A stretch of 64,000 bases of DNA from Neoconidiobolus thromboides FSU 785 (lineage: Eukaryota > Fungi > Entomophthoromycota), in assembly GCA_025603075.1 (NCBI GenBank), contig MU626347.1, forward strand, positions 19,492 to 83,491, given 5' to 3'. A program made the position numbers and the translations under genes. The first letter of the stretch is position 1. The number at the start of each line of letters is the position of its first letter. Of this stretch, positions 40,388 to 52,267 are shown in pieces. Under the pieces are notes generated by a model that did no database searches, had not been told where the DNA came from, and saw nothing but the letters and a program-made list of their open reading frames with translations.

Positions 40388-42168
40388 TATATTGTTATCA
40401 CTATTTAACTTATAAATTGGTATTTTATGACCCCAAATTAATTGTCTTGATATACACCAATCTTGTATATTATTTAACCAGCGATCCCAATCTTTTTCAA
40501 AATTATTAGGTAAAATTTGAATTTGTTCATTTTTAATTAATTGTTTTGCATTAATTGCCATTTGTTTCATATTAATATACCATTGTGGTTTTAATATAGG
40601 TTCAATTATATCATTTGTTCTTGAACATCTTAATATAATTGTATTATCTTTTACTTTATGTTTACTATCATAATTATTAGTTAATTTTAAATCTTTAATT
40701 ATTTGTTGTCTACAATCATATCGATGTAATCCATTATACTCTTTCCATTCTTTATTGTTATTTATTATATTACCTTTGGAATCAAATATATTAATTAATT
40801 CCATTTTGATTTTATTTTTATTCCTTTTATAGCATTCAAAATCATTAATATCATGACCCGGTGTTATTTTAACTACTCCAGTACCATAATTCATATCTAC
40901 TAATATGTTGTCTGCTATTATTGGCAATTGTTTATCTTTTATTATAGGATGTTTTACCATTTGTCCAATTAATTCTTTATATCTTATATCTTCTGGATGA
41001 ACTGCTAAAGCTATATCTCCTAATATTGTTTCTGGTCTTGTTGTTGCCACTATTAAATATTCTTTTTTATTTTTATTAACTAATTCATATTTGATATGGT
41101 GTAATACTCCCATCTCTACTTTTCCTTTATACCCTGGTATTGTCATAAATGTTGGTTTATCTATTACTTCATTCTCTATCTTAAATAATAAATAAATAAT
41201 ATAAAATATAAATATAATATATAAATATAAATATAAATATAAATATAAAAAATGTCAAGTACATAAACTATAAATACTAACTTACTTCAATATCACTAAT
41301 AACTGTTTCTAAACTTGGGCACCAATTAACAATACGAGTTGAACGATAAATTAAATTTTGATTAAATAACTTAATAAAAGCCATTTTAACAGCAATTGAT
41401 CTCTTTTCATCTAAAGTAAAAAACAATTTATTCCAATCAAAAGAAGTACCTAATCTTTTCATTTGTTCTAAAATAACATTTCCATATGTATTTTTAAATT
41501 GAATAATTTCATTTAAAAACTCTTCTTTTGTTAAATCATGTTTACTTATCCCTTTTTCTTTTAATAATGTTCTTTCAACTACTGCTTGGGTTCCAATACC
41601 GGCATGATCTGTTCCTGGTACCCAGATTACTTTTTTACCATTCATTCGATGATATCTAGCGATACAATCTTGAATTGAAAAAGTCAAAGCATGACCAATA
41701 TGTAATTTTCCGGTTACATTAGGGGGTGGAGATAACATTGTAAATGTATTATCTTCATTATTAATATCTTTTTCATTACCATGGGTGAAATAACCTAATA
41801 TTTAAAAGAAGATTGCTAATAAATGAAATTGTTTTATTATATTTATATTAAAATTTTACCATTCTTTTCCCACCAATTATACCAATCTTTTTCTACATCT
41901 GTCTAATAAATAATAATGTTAGTATTTAACATATGAATAAATCTAGTTTTAATAATAACATTCTTACTGGTAAATATTCTGTATTTAGTTTCAATTCGTT
42001 ATCTTTAAGCTTTGATTTAATCTTATTAGGTAAAGTATAATAACTCCATCTATTAATAAGAATAGGATTATGATTATTATTACATTGTTTTAACTTGTTT
42101 AATAAATATTTATTGTCTTTTAGTTTATAAGAATGCTGTAATAGTTTGAGTAACATTTGAGAAAACAA
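38330..42168 (-). CDS. Valine--tRNA ligase, probably mitochondrial (multi-exon, poly-Asn insertions)
   Basis: [75 protein letters not shown]; presequence-like N-terminus. Confidence 0.92.
39563..39626. repeat. 10-bp tandem repeat (ATTATTCTAT)x~6 in a ValRS intron
   Basis: Direct reading of the sequence. Confidence 0.9.
40315..40388. repeat. (TAT/AAT)n microsatellite encoding poly-Asn in the ValRS frame
   Basis: Trinucleotide run inside the open frame 40037-41146. Confidence 0.9.
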
Positions 42169-42244
42169 ATTATAATTTTTAAGTATTTTTCAAATTGTTT
42201 AAAATTTCGAAATCATCAAATTTTTATTTTATTTTATTTTAAAA

Positions 42245-44906
42245 ATGAATGAATTTATTAAAGATGAAGATTATTTCCAAATATTAAATAGTTTAAGTTT
42301 AATGGATATAGAAAATGATAATGAACATATTTATAAAATTAAGGATTCAATTAAATATTTAAAATTATACGATTACTTAGCAAAACCTTTATTATCTAAT
42401 AAACTTGAATATTTAAACTATTATTTCTATGAAGGTGTAGGGATAGAATTAATAAAGGTAAAATTAAATTATAATATATATTAAAAGTTAGTTTTAATTA
42501 AACTTTATTAGCGTATTATGGGACCTATACCTAGTGAAGATAGTATATTTTCTGAAGGGGAAGACTTGGATGAATTAAGAAATTTAGCTTTAGGCATTAA
42601 ATTATTAGGAGCATTAAGTTATAGCTTAAGTATAAAAACAGATATAAAAGAAGTGTTAGATTATCAAATTCAATTTAATCAATTACTACCTAGTCTGTTT
42701 AATAATTGGTGGTTATATTGTATTCAATCTATTCAACCTATTTTAAGAGATACAGCGCTATTTGCTTTATTTACAGGATTGGAGAATACATATTTAATAG
42801 AATGGTAATTTAATTTTCTATTTTTTATAAACTAATAATTTATATAAAGCATATTAAAATCAGAAACATTTCCAACTTATTTTTCATGTTTATTATTCGA
42901 TGAGTCATGTTTTGTAAGTTTTTAATATAATCAAAAATATCTTAATATAAAAGAAATAGTAAATTAAATTTATACTTAGGTAGCTACTCAAGCTTTTAAA
43001 TTTTATTCTAAATGTTTACATTTATCAGTTGTTAATGGAGAAACACCAGTTTATAATGAGTTATTAAGAGAGTTAAACCTAGAAATCATTAATTTTCAAA
43101 AAGCATTGATTGAGAATGATAATTTATCACAAGCAAATAATATTAAAGTTAAGTTGGATTTGATTTGGTATTTGTGTCATCCTGAAATTAATATTAACAT
43201 GAAAGATAATTATAATATATATATATTGGTATCAGATACTATTAAAGAATTAGGTTTAGTAAGTAGTATTTAGTTATTTGTTTATTTTTTATTTGTGCTT
43301 ATAGTTTATTTAGCTTAATGAGCTTTGGATTATTTGGAAATTAGAAGAAACTTGGTTAAAAAGTCAAGCAGCAGAAACTTTAAATTATTTAATGAAGTTA
43401 TTGCCCAATTTAAGTTGTATTAATAGTATTATATTAAATGAAGAAATAGATAATTCAAATGAAGATGGTAAATATAATTTATAATTTATAATTTATAATT
43501 TATAATTTATATTAATATTAATAATTATATAGAATGCTTTTTATTAATTAATAATTGTGCTAATTTTATATTAAATGGATTAAAAGAGAACGAAATTGAA
43601 GATAATATAGTAATTAATTTTATGGATTTATATAATCAAACAGCAATAAAATCATCACCTTATTTAAATATATTAAATCGATTAAGCATTATTCGATTTA
43701 TAGATTGCTTATCCTCAATATTTGAAAATCATCAATTAAAACAAAAAATTAATTTGAAACAATTATTTTATACATTATATGATTTATTCGTAATTGTAAT
43801 ACAATTTATAACTTACCCTAAGGAATTTATAGGTGAAGGTATTAAATTTCATAAAGATTCTAAAGTGTCAGAAACTCAATGGAAAGAATTATTAACTTTA
43901 AGAAATGAATTTTGGATTTATACGAGACATGAAGAATCAGCAGCTTCTAAAAGACAAGATATTATCTATTATACTTGGTCAGCATTAAATAGTTTATTAA
44001 CACATGCATTATCGGAAAAAGACATGGAATTAGATGTAAATTATAGTTATATTTTAAATCAAAATAATTTATTGATTCAATATTTAATTAGATCTTACCT
44101 ATGATACAACTAATAGAATATCATTTAATACAATGTACATATAATGAACAATTAATTATTTATAAAACACCCCAATATTTAATTGCTGGATTAAAATTAA
44201 TGCCAACGACATTAAAATTTAATAATAATGATAATAATAAATCTCCATTCATTATATTTCATAAAATCGTATTAAATTTATTATCCAACCCATCCTTAAA
44301 TATACCCACATTAAATTGTATTTATGATTCACTAAAAACAGGTATTTCATTAAAACCTGAGTTGTATTTAAATAATGGGGTAAGGTTCAATAGTAAATTA
44401 TTAGTTGTCATGTTGATAAAGTATAAATATTTATAGGAAGAAACAAAATGTCTATTAACAAGTATTCAAATGAAAATAATAAGTGAATCCTGGGAAGTTC
44501 GAGATAGTACAATTTTATTTATTGGTAAGTTATTTGAAATCAATACTACAATAATTATTTCAAAAGAAATGGAATTTAAAACTTGGGATTTTGCTATTAA
44601 AAATGGATTATATCAATTCGTTATAAAGTTGTTAATAAATGAAAACATACCACAGGTTTTAGCTTCTTGTTACAAAGCTTTAAGTATGATAGTTAACAAT
44701 CCTTATATTTCAACAGAGTTTATTTTGGGGATTGAAAACGAACTGAATGACAATGGGAAATTAGAATTTGATTATGAAGCTAACGTTTATAATAACTTTC
44801 AAAGAAAACATCATTTATATTTATTAAATGAATTATTGCAATTTCATTATAAAAATATAGGAAATATTCCATTATTTTATCAAGATTCAATGTATTTAAG
44901 GTAAAT

Positions 44907-44958
<52 letters not shown>

Positions 44959-45728
44959 TGATCAATTTAATTATTTCAATTTTTATTAGTATTAACCAAA
45001 TTTATCACTTATCATATGATGAAGATAGTGAAATTATTGTTGCTATCTGTAATTTTATATTCAATTGTTGGAAATTGGCAGTAGCAAATGATACTATTTA
45101 TGATACCCCTAATGAAACTAAAAAATTAAAGTTAAATCATAGTATTATAGATAAAGAGACAAATAGTATGGAAGAAGGGTTATTTGATACAGATTATTTT
45201 TTTCAATCAAAGTTACATACATTGTTGATTGATAAGGTAAATTACATAAAATACAAAATAACACAATTTTTTAATAATTTATTATAGCTAAATGATCCAA
45301 CAAGAACAGTTAGAGAAAAAGCGTTTAAATTAACTAAAGAAATTGAATTCGAATGTAAAGAAAATTGTAATTTATTAAAAGAAAAGAGAATGAATACAAA
45401 TTATTATAGAAGTTATGAAATATTTCTACAATCTTTAATCGAATTAAATTGGGATCAATTATATAAAAAATGTGATCCCAATAGCTTATATTCGGATGCA
45501 TTTGAACTTTCTCATCTTAAATTGAAAAATGTGCTTAAAAAAGATGAGAAATTTAAATTGAAAGAAGTGAATCCAAATGTGTTAAGGAACTCTACATTTA
45601 GGCAGTTAAAGGGGGATAGCGAGAGACACAAGGATATAATAGTGCCCGATTTTAAAGGTTGGTTTACATCCGATTCAGAATTGGATGAAATTGATGCGGA
45701 ATGCTATAATGTAATGGATTGTGATTAA
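42245..45728 (+). CDS. HEAT/ARM-repeat protein, BRAT1-like (multi-exon)
   Basis: SESWEVRDSTILFIGKL...GLYQFVIKLLINENIPQVLASCYKAL resembles BRAT1 WEVRDSALEFL...LLQDPESYVRASAVTA. Later LSYDEDSEIIVAICNF. The ORF fragments are joined by short GT-AG introns. Confidence 0.65.
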
Positions 45729-46753
45729 AAGTAAATGAATAAATATAACATTGTGCTTTTTAGTTAAGTGGTGGGTCATCATACCTTTTCATTAAAAATG
45801 ATATTTTTTTAAATTCTGATCTTTTATTATAACTTAAGTTCTTTTTGATGAAGAAGTAATAGTAGTATAGAATTGCAATCATAGAGTATTTTATCAAAAT
45901 ATTTTTTGCCTTTAAATTAATAAAATTACTGTTGCAATTAATAACTTCATCTTTTTTTTCTTAAAAAAACTGTCTTTTGAAAAATCCTAATAATTAGAAA
46001 TATAAGTTTTTTAAATTAAAAATTTATACATTTATATTAATTCAAATTATGAATACTTTTTAAAGCTTTTTCGATTATTCATTTATTTAACTATTGTTAA
46101 TTAAAAGTACTATCATATCAACTTTGAATTCTGAGAATTAAGAAAAGTGTACTGTAAGATCATTTCTACAAATAATGTTAATTTTTTTGATCAAGAATTA
46201 TTAGTGAGAGTATAATTGTAATATGAATATATTTTTACTGTATTGTTCTTATTTTTATATGTAAAATAGCAACTATTATAACCAATAAATTCCTACTTTT
46301 AAAAAATCTTGTTTATAAAACGATCTTATAGTCTTTTTTTTGAAGTATTATATAATAAAAGTGTAATGAAAGAATTAAATTTTATGGGCAAAGGTATAAA
46401 TGCGGCATTTTTGTGTGCTTAAATAATAAGCAAGATATTATTTTATTATTTTATTATTTTATTTTTTGTTTTGTAGATAATATCAATTTAAAAAGTACTT
46501 TTTTACTTCTTATTATTAATAGTATGTTATGTTATATTGAAATTTATATGTTTATATAAGTAAACCACTTTTTTATATTAAAAACTATTCAATAATAAGA
46601 TACTTGGGTTAAAATTCAACTTGAATAAAACTAAGGTGGCCAATGAAATAAATCTGAGAAACTTAAATGGCGTGGAAATTGAGCCAATAAAATAATGCTA
46701 AAATTTAAGTATAACAATCAACTTGAATTAACAGCAAACATCATTTTTTTTCA

Positions 46754-49700
46754 ATGCAAAACCAAGCATACAATACTAGGCTGGAAAAAGTCACATCTCA
46801 TATTGAAAATTCGGGGATAGTAGACTACCTATTATCTCTTGATAACTCCAAATTAATATTAGAGAGAATTCGAGGGCTTACTACTTCTGTTATTGAAACG
46901 GATCTGTTTTATTTATTCAACCAGTTTGAGACCAGTTTTAAAACCCAAATAGAACAATTAAAAGCGGGGGATACTGAGGTTAGTATCATTGAGAAGAATT
47001 TGTTACGCTTATTAAGAATCATAAGAAGTTATTATTTGGTTATATCAGAACGTTTTTCTGCCAATGAATCAAACGAAAGAAAGAAATGGATCTTTGGAGA
47101 AGAAGAGTTTGTTTTTAGGATTTTAGATGCTTTTTTTGTTTCTTTGGTTTATTTTAATGATCCAGATATCTTAAGAATTACCCTAAATATAATGGAAAAG
47201 ATGCATTTACCCATAGCATTTCCAAACCATTTTGCACTCTTTGATCGTACTTTATTTTCAAGGTATTATAAAAAGTTTGAAGTGATTGAAAGCTTTGTTT
47301 CGAACACTTATTCTTTCCAAGTTTATGAGATTTATGATAGGATATTCAGCTTGTTAAATCTGAATACTACTGAGTATAGAAATCAGCACTTTTTAATATT
47401 CTTTTTAACATTACAAAAAAGAGGGTTTTCAAATTATTGTATTTATTCAACTAAAGCTGTACCAGCACTATTTCAATACTTGGGATCAAAATTGGATGAG
47501 CTATCATATACACCAAGGTTCAATCCAGATTCAACCTTTTTTAGTGAATTAAGAAAGCCATTCAACATTTTCCCAAGTGGAAGTAACGAGCAAGCTGTGA
47601 TAGAAGATAGCTCTAGAGCAGATTATAAGTTAGAAAAAGTATTTTGTGAATTAACAACTTTAATTAGCAGTACCGTCGAATCAAATTATAAGTTTGCTAC
47701 AGAAACTGAGTTTTTTGATAAAATTGTTCCATTATTTTGCAAAGTATGTTATCAACACCTCAATATTTATGATAAAGAGAATTTGAATATGAATTCTACG
47801 TTTATAAAATCAGTTGTTTTACCAATATTTAATTCATTAAATCAAGTATTTACAATCGAAAGGAACGAATCAGATCGAACATTAACACCCAAAAAAGTGT
47901 ACTTTAAACGATTAAGATGCTGCTTATTAAATTATTCAACCTATCTCTTAAATCATATAATCAAACATGAAAATTATATTTATTTACAGGAAGCAATGTT
48001 AATTAAAGAAATAGAAGGATGTCATTTTCTTGACTTATTAGTTGCCTTTTATAAAATATTGAAAAATGCAAATCTTAAATCCATCGACCTTCAAGAAAAA
48101 CTGATATTCTTTGATGAATCTTTAATTTATTTAAGGGTCTTATTCCAATTTAATGACCCAGCTTTTAGTGACCTTAGTAGGATAACACGTGATTACTATT
48201 CTGTTTTCCAAGAGTTTTATAAAAGGTTAGGGACATTAAAGCAAAAGCAAATTGATCCTAAAAGGATTAAATTCAAGCCTCAAACAGATGATCTTTACAA
48301 ATACATAATTTATGTTATGAATAGTGTACTTGACCCACTTTGTGAAATGGCTCTTATAAAGTACCGCCCATTTGATTATAAAGAGATGGGTGGACAATTT
48401 TTAGCTAATTATAATATATTACCTGTTTTTAGTATTGGACTCTTAGTTTTATTTAGTAAAAATTATCACAACATAGCTCCAGCCTATATAGTTGGTGTTT
48501 TGAATACATTCAAAACCTTAATGACCGATGAAGTTGTAGGAGAATTTAACCGCAGTTATCCACATTATTTTAGAGCAATTTGTTCAAAAGTTAACAAAAT
48601 TTTGCTTAACCATTGTTCTAGAGAGGAGGATTCTGGTACAACATTCCATGCTCTTAACTATAGTACATCGAGAATTATAGCGCACTCGAGTGATATTCTT
48701 ATAAGTGCAATTAAAAAATATCAGTTTAATCCACCTATTAAAGACCTAAACCTCTCCAACTTATTCTATTCCTATAAATTAATTGATAACTGTCCAACCG
48801 AATACGATGTCAATGCAATCACACCTGTATTTAACCTATTTGATGAAATGTTTTCAGTTTTCGAGTTTAGGAATAACGTTCCAAAAGAATTAGTAACATC
48901 ACGCTTTATATATTTATTTGGACACAGCTTTATGTTATGGGCCCAACATCCACGCGTTGTTCCAATGTTAAATAATATGAATGAAAATGAAAATATTGTA
49001 CAATATGAGTCAACATTAGGGAAATATCAAAGATATGGCTATAGGACACTTAAAAGATTACTTTTATTGCTTCGACATTTTGAAAAAGATGAGGAATGGA
49101 TGAAGTTACTTACATGTTTCCCACTTGAAAGTGAGCATTCTTATCAAATTACCGACCTTGCAAGACCCGGTTTATCTAGATTAATCCAAATTCCTCAAAA
49201 TCTTATGCCTTTGGCAAAACAAAAACCATCAAAAAATCAAAATGAATTCAATCAAGGTACTAGCTCAAATGATGGGGTTTCAACCAATGGAAATGATGAC
49301 TATATAAAAGACTCTGTTATTTCAATTATAAACCCATTATTTAGGATTATGTTATGCTACAAACATAATCTGGATATGAGTACATTAGCAGCAACCTACT
49401 TTTTAAAACTGATTTCAATACCTTCAGTTGCCATTTTTGTATTAAATCATAATAACTACTTAGGTTATTTATCATTTGAGTCAACAATTGTTCACTATAT
49501 TGATGCTAAACTATATGGCTACTTTAATAAAATCATTAGTAAAATTTTAGTGAATACCAACCTTATTAGGATTATTTTATTAAGAGATACGTTTGGTGAA
49601 TGGTATAGGAATATTTTAAAGCATCATGATTATGCAACTCACAATAAAGCAACTGAGCCTTCGAAGTTAACCAATTTTATAGCAAGAGAAATAATCAAGA

Positions 49701-50944
49701 ACTATACATCAATTGTAGAAATTTACCAACAAACAGAAAAAGAAAGTAATATGATTAATTTATTTCAATATTCATCTGTGGGTTTGTGTTATTGTTCTTT
49801 AGACTTCCAACCTTGTTGCTATTTTATTTCTGGAGATATAGCATTTGATGATGTTATTAAATTCTCTTTATTTCCACCATGGCATTCCTCTAGAACACCA
49901 TATGGTGTTCTATTAAGAATGCTTTTTAATCTAAAGGATTCCAATGAGTATGCTTCTTACGAACATCTCCAGACTGAACCAGATCCTTTAAAAAGCAGAG
50001 CTGCCGCTTATGCTATCAATTATCATGCATTTTTAAAAACAACTTATATGCGTCGTAAATTAAAAGCTACTTTAAAGGAGGTAATTAGTAGACAACATTC
50101 CATTATAGAACCCCTCCTTTCAGATTATGAAAGACTATTAAAGAGTGGCGATAAGGATGAAGTTACTTTTAAGGTCCAAGATAGTGATAGTAGCTATGGG
50201 GAATTTAAAATCCCTACATGTATAGTTAAACCAATGTCACCAGAATTTAAATCTATTTTAAGTAGTGGAAGTGAAGAAGGTCGAACAAAAGTTATCACTT
50301 TACCTCACAGTTATTTTAAAACTTTGGAATATTTGAATATGAGATTGAGAGTTTTAACTAGTCGTCGCCATAGGAGATCAAATAGTAAGATTGAGTATCA
50401 TTTTTTAGGAGATCAACCTAAAACCTTCCATCCAAAAAAATGTAAAGAGTTTTTTGAGTTAGCAACTATGTATGATATTGAATTTGTACGATTATATTCT
50501 TTTGGGACATTTCTCCGTCAACTTTTACATGCCATTAGATCAGATAATCCAGCAGATTCCCTCTATTACCTTTATTCGCTTTATGAAGGAGAGGATGGCG
50601 ATTTTCCATTATTTCAAAAATCCCCAGACCTCCCTAATTTCTTGTGTCATTTAATAGCCTTATACATTGATCAATTTTTGGAGCCGGAAAAGGGAGACCC
50701 AGATTCAACTGCTAAGACAGTAGCCAAACCAAAGGTAAATGGTTACTCTAGTTCTGATGTTGATTATAGTTCTGACGACAGTGAGCCTAAAATGGAATAT
50801 AAAGAAGATACCAAATCAGATGGAGACAAGAAAACAAGCACATCGAACGATCAAGGGTTAAAGAATAGAGCTCTAATTTATAGGCTTAACCCAGACATCA
50901 TGGGCAAATGGTGGGCTGACTTATATTTTAGGCCAACTTCTTAG
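46754..50944 (+). CDS. 1396-aa intronless protein: long alpha-helical (ARM/HEAT-like) region plus C-terminal BTB/POZ-like domain
   Basis: 4.2-kb uninterrupted ORF; C-terminal DEVTFKV...EFKIPTCIVKPMSPEFKSILSSGSEEGRTKVITL...FKTLEYL...FFELATMYDIEFV fits the BTB pattern. The ARM call is by composition only. Confidence 0.75.
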   Translation: MQNQAYNTRLEKVTSHIENSGIVDYLLSLDNSKLILERIRGLTTSVIETDLFYLFNQFETSFKTQIEQLKAGDTEVSIIEKNLLRLLRIIRSYYLVISERFSANESNERKKWIFGEEEFVFRILDAFFVSLVYFNDPDILRITLNIMEKMHLPIAFPNHFALFDRTLFSRYYKKFEVIESFVSNTYSFQVYEIYDRIFSLLNLNTTEYRNQHFLIFFLTLQKRGFSNYCIYSTKAVPALFQYLGSKLDELSYTPRFNPDSTFFSELRKPFNIFPSGSNEQAVIEDSSRADYKLEKVFCELTTLISSTVESNYKFATETEFFDKIVPLFCKVCYQHLNIYDKENLNMNSTFIKSVVLPIFNSLNQVFTIERNESDRTLTPKKVYFKRLRCCLLNYSTYLLNHIIKHENYIYLQEAMLIKEIEGCHFLDLLVAFYKILKNANLKSIDLQEKLIFFDESLIYLRVLFQFNDPAFSDLSRITRDYYSVFQEFYKRLGTLKQKQIDPKRIKFKPQTDDLYKYIIYVMNSVLDPLCEMALIKYRPFDYKEMGGQFLANYNILPVFSIGLLVLFSKNYHNIAPAYIVGVLNTFKTLMTDEVVGEFNRSYPHYFRAICSKVNKILLNHCSREEDSGTTFHALNYSTSRIIAHSSDILISAIKKYQFNPPIKDLNLSNLFYSYKLIDNCPTEYDVNAITPVFNLFDEMFSVFEFRNNVPKELVTSRFIYLFGHSFMLWAQHPRVVPMLNNMNENENIVQYESTLGKYQRYGYRTLKRLLLLLRHFEKDEEWMKLLTCFPLESEHSYQITDLARPGLSRLIQIPQNLMPLAKQKPSKNQNEFNQGTSSNDGVSTNGNDDYIKDSVISIINPLFRIMLCYKHNLDMSTLAATYFLKLISIPSVAIFVLNHNNYLGYLSFESTIVHYIDAKLYGYFNKIISKILVNTNLIRIILLRDTFGEWYRNILKHHDYATHNKATEPSKLTNFIAREIIKNYTSIVEIYQQTEKESNMINLFQYSSVGLCYCSLDFQPCCYFISGDIAFDDVIKFSLFPPWHSSRTPYGVLLRMLFNLKDSNEYASYEHLQTEPDPLKSRAAAYAINYHAFLKTTYMRRKLKATLKEVISRQHSIIEPLLSDYERLLKSGDKDEVTFKVQDSDSSYGEFKIPTCIVKPMSPEFKSILSSGSEEGRTKVITLPHSYFKTLEYLNMRLRVLTSRRHRRSNSKIEYHFLGDQPKTFHPKKCKEFFELATMYDIEFVRLYSFGTFLRQLLHAIRSDNPADSLYYLYSLYEGEDGDFPLFQKSPDLPNFLCHLIALYIDQFLEPEKGDPDSTAKTVAKPKVNGYSSSDVDYSSDDSEPKMEYKEDTKSDGDKKTSTSNDQGLKNRALIYRLNPDIMGKWWADLYFRPTS

Positions 50945-51293
50945 TTCTATTTTTTATCCTTTATAATCATATTCGTGAAGGTTTTAAGATAATTTTTTTT
51001 ATTAGGTTGTATTTAAATTTATATAAATTGGGTCTATTTATGAAATAAAAGGATTCTTTGATTTTAAGTTTTTTAGGTTATATTAATAGTTCATTAATTT
51101 TTATTGATTAAACATAATATATATTTTGATATTTAAAATAATATTATTTGCTATAGTTTATTCTATTTTAAGTTTTTTGGTTTTTGATTTTATTTGATAA
51201 AATTTGCATAAAATAGAATCGAAAATTGATCTAATCTAATCAATAAAAAATTAATTAGCAATTTAAGTGATTTCTTAACTCATACTTTTCATT

Positions 51294-51844
51294 ATGTTTC
51301 AAACACAATTAATTAGAAGATCTATCGTAAATAGTAGACGTGTTAGCTATCGTCAATTTACTACTTCCATTGCTACAAAAAGTGGTAATGAAGTAATTTC
51401 AACTCAAGCAGTTAACCGTAAAGTAACTTGGTCCAAAAGTCAAGCCAAACGTGAAACTCAGATGGTTGGTCCACGTTTTGAACAAACTGATTTAGAAGCT
51501 CAAGTAATATTTCAAGTTTATTATTTATTAAACATTATTAAAATGATGAAAAGCCTAAACCACTAGCTGCTATTGAGCTTATTTATGAAGAGCCAATTAG
51601 AGAAGTCGATACAAGAATTGTTTCTTGCAATGGCGGAGGTGGTGCTCTTGGACATCCTAAAGTTTACATTAACTTGGTAATTATAAACAACATTTTTAAA
51701 TTTAAAGAGAATTAATGTTAATTTAGGACCAAGGAAAACCCGTGCCATGTGGTTACTGTAAGCACAATTTAACATTTGAAATAACAAAACTAACCTTTAC
51801 TTTTAGGTGGAATTCTTTACCAAAAGAAAGATCATCATCATTAA
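51294..51844 (+). CDS. NDUFS6: Complex I zinc-finger subunit NDUFS6 (4 exons)
   Basis: [25 protein letters not shown]|[14 protein letters not shown]...[19 protein letters not shown]|D...CGYC; mitochondrial presequence. Confidence 0.93.
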
Positions 51845-52267
51845 AGGAGTAAAAAGTTAAAAAATAGGAATATCAGCTGCACTTTTATTTTATTTTTATT
51901 TTATTTTATTTTATTTTTATTTTTAAAAAAAATAAGGCAAAAGGTATTATAAATGTATAAATAATAGAAGAAAACACTTATACAAATAATATACTTGATT
52001 AATTATAGTTATCTTTTTAAATATGCAATAAGATTAGTTATTAATATTTGAAATTAAATTTAATAAAATTGTTAACGCTAATAAATGAGATTACTTATCC
52101 AAACTATTGCAATTTTAAATTTCAAATCGAAGTAAAAGTTAAAGTTAAAGCACTTAATACAATTGTTAGTATTTAAGCCAAAATTGTATTTATTTTTTAT
52201 TAGAATAATTATGTATTACTTTTAAATTTAACAATGATATTACTATTAAGTTTAGCTAAGTATTAAT

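Noticed and set aside
40306-40509. Poly-Tyr ORF
   Set aside because: Antisense reading of the (AAT)n tract in ValRS
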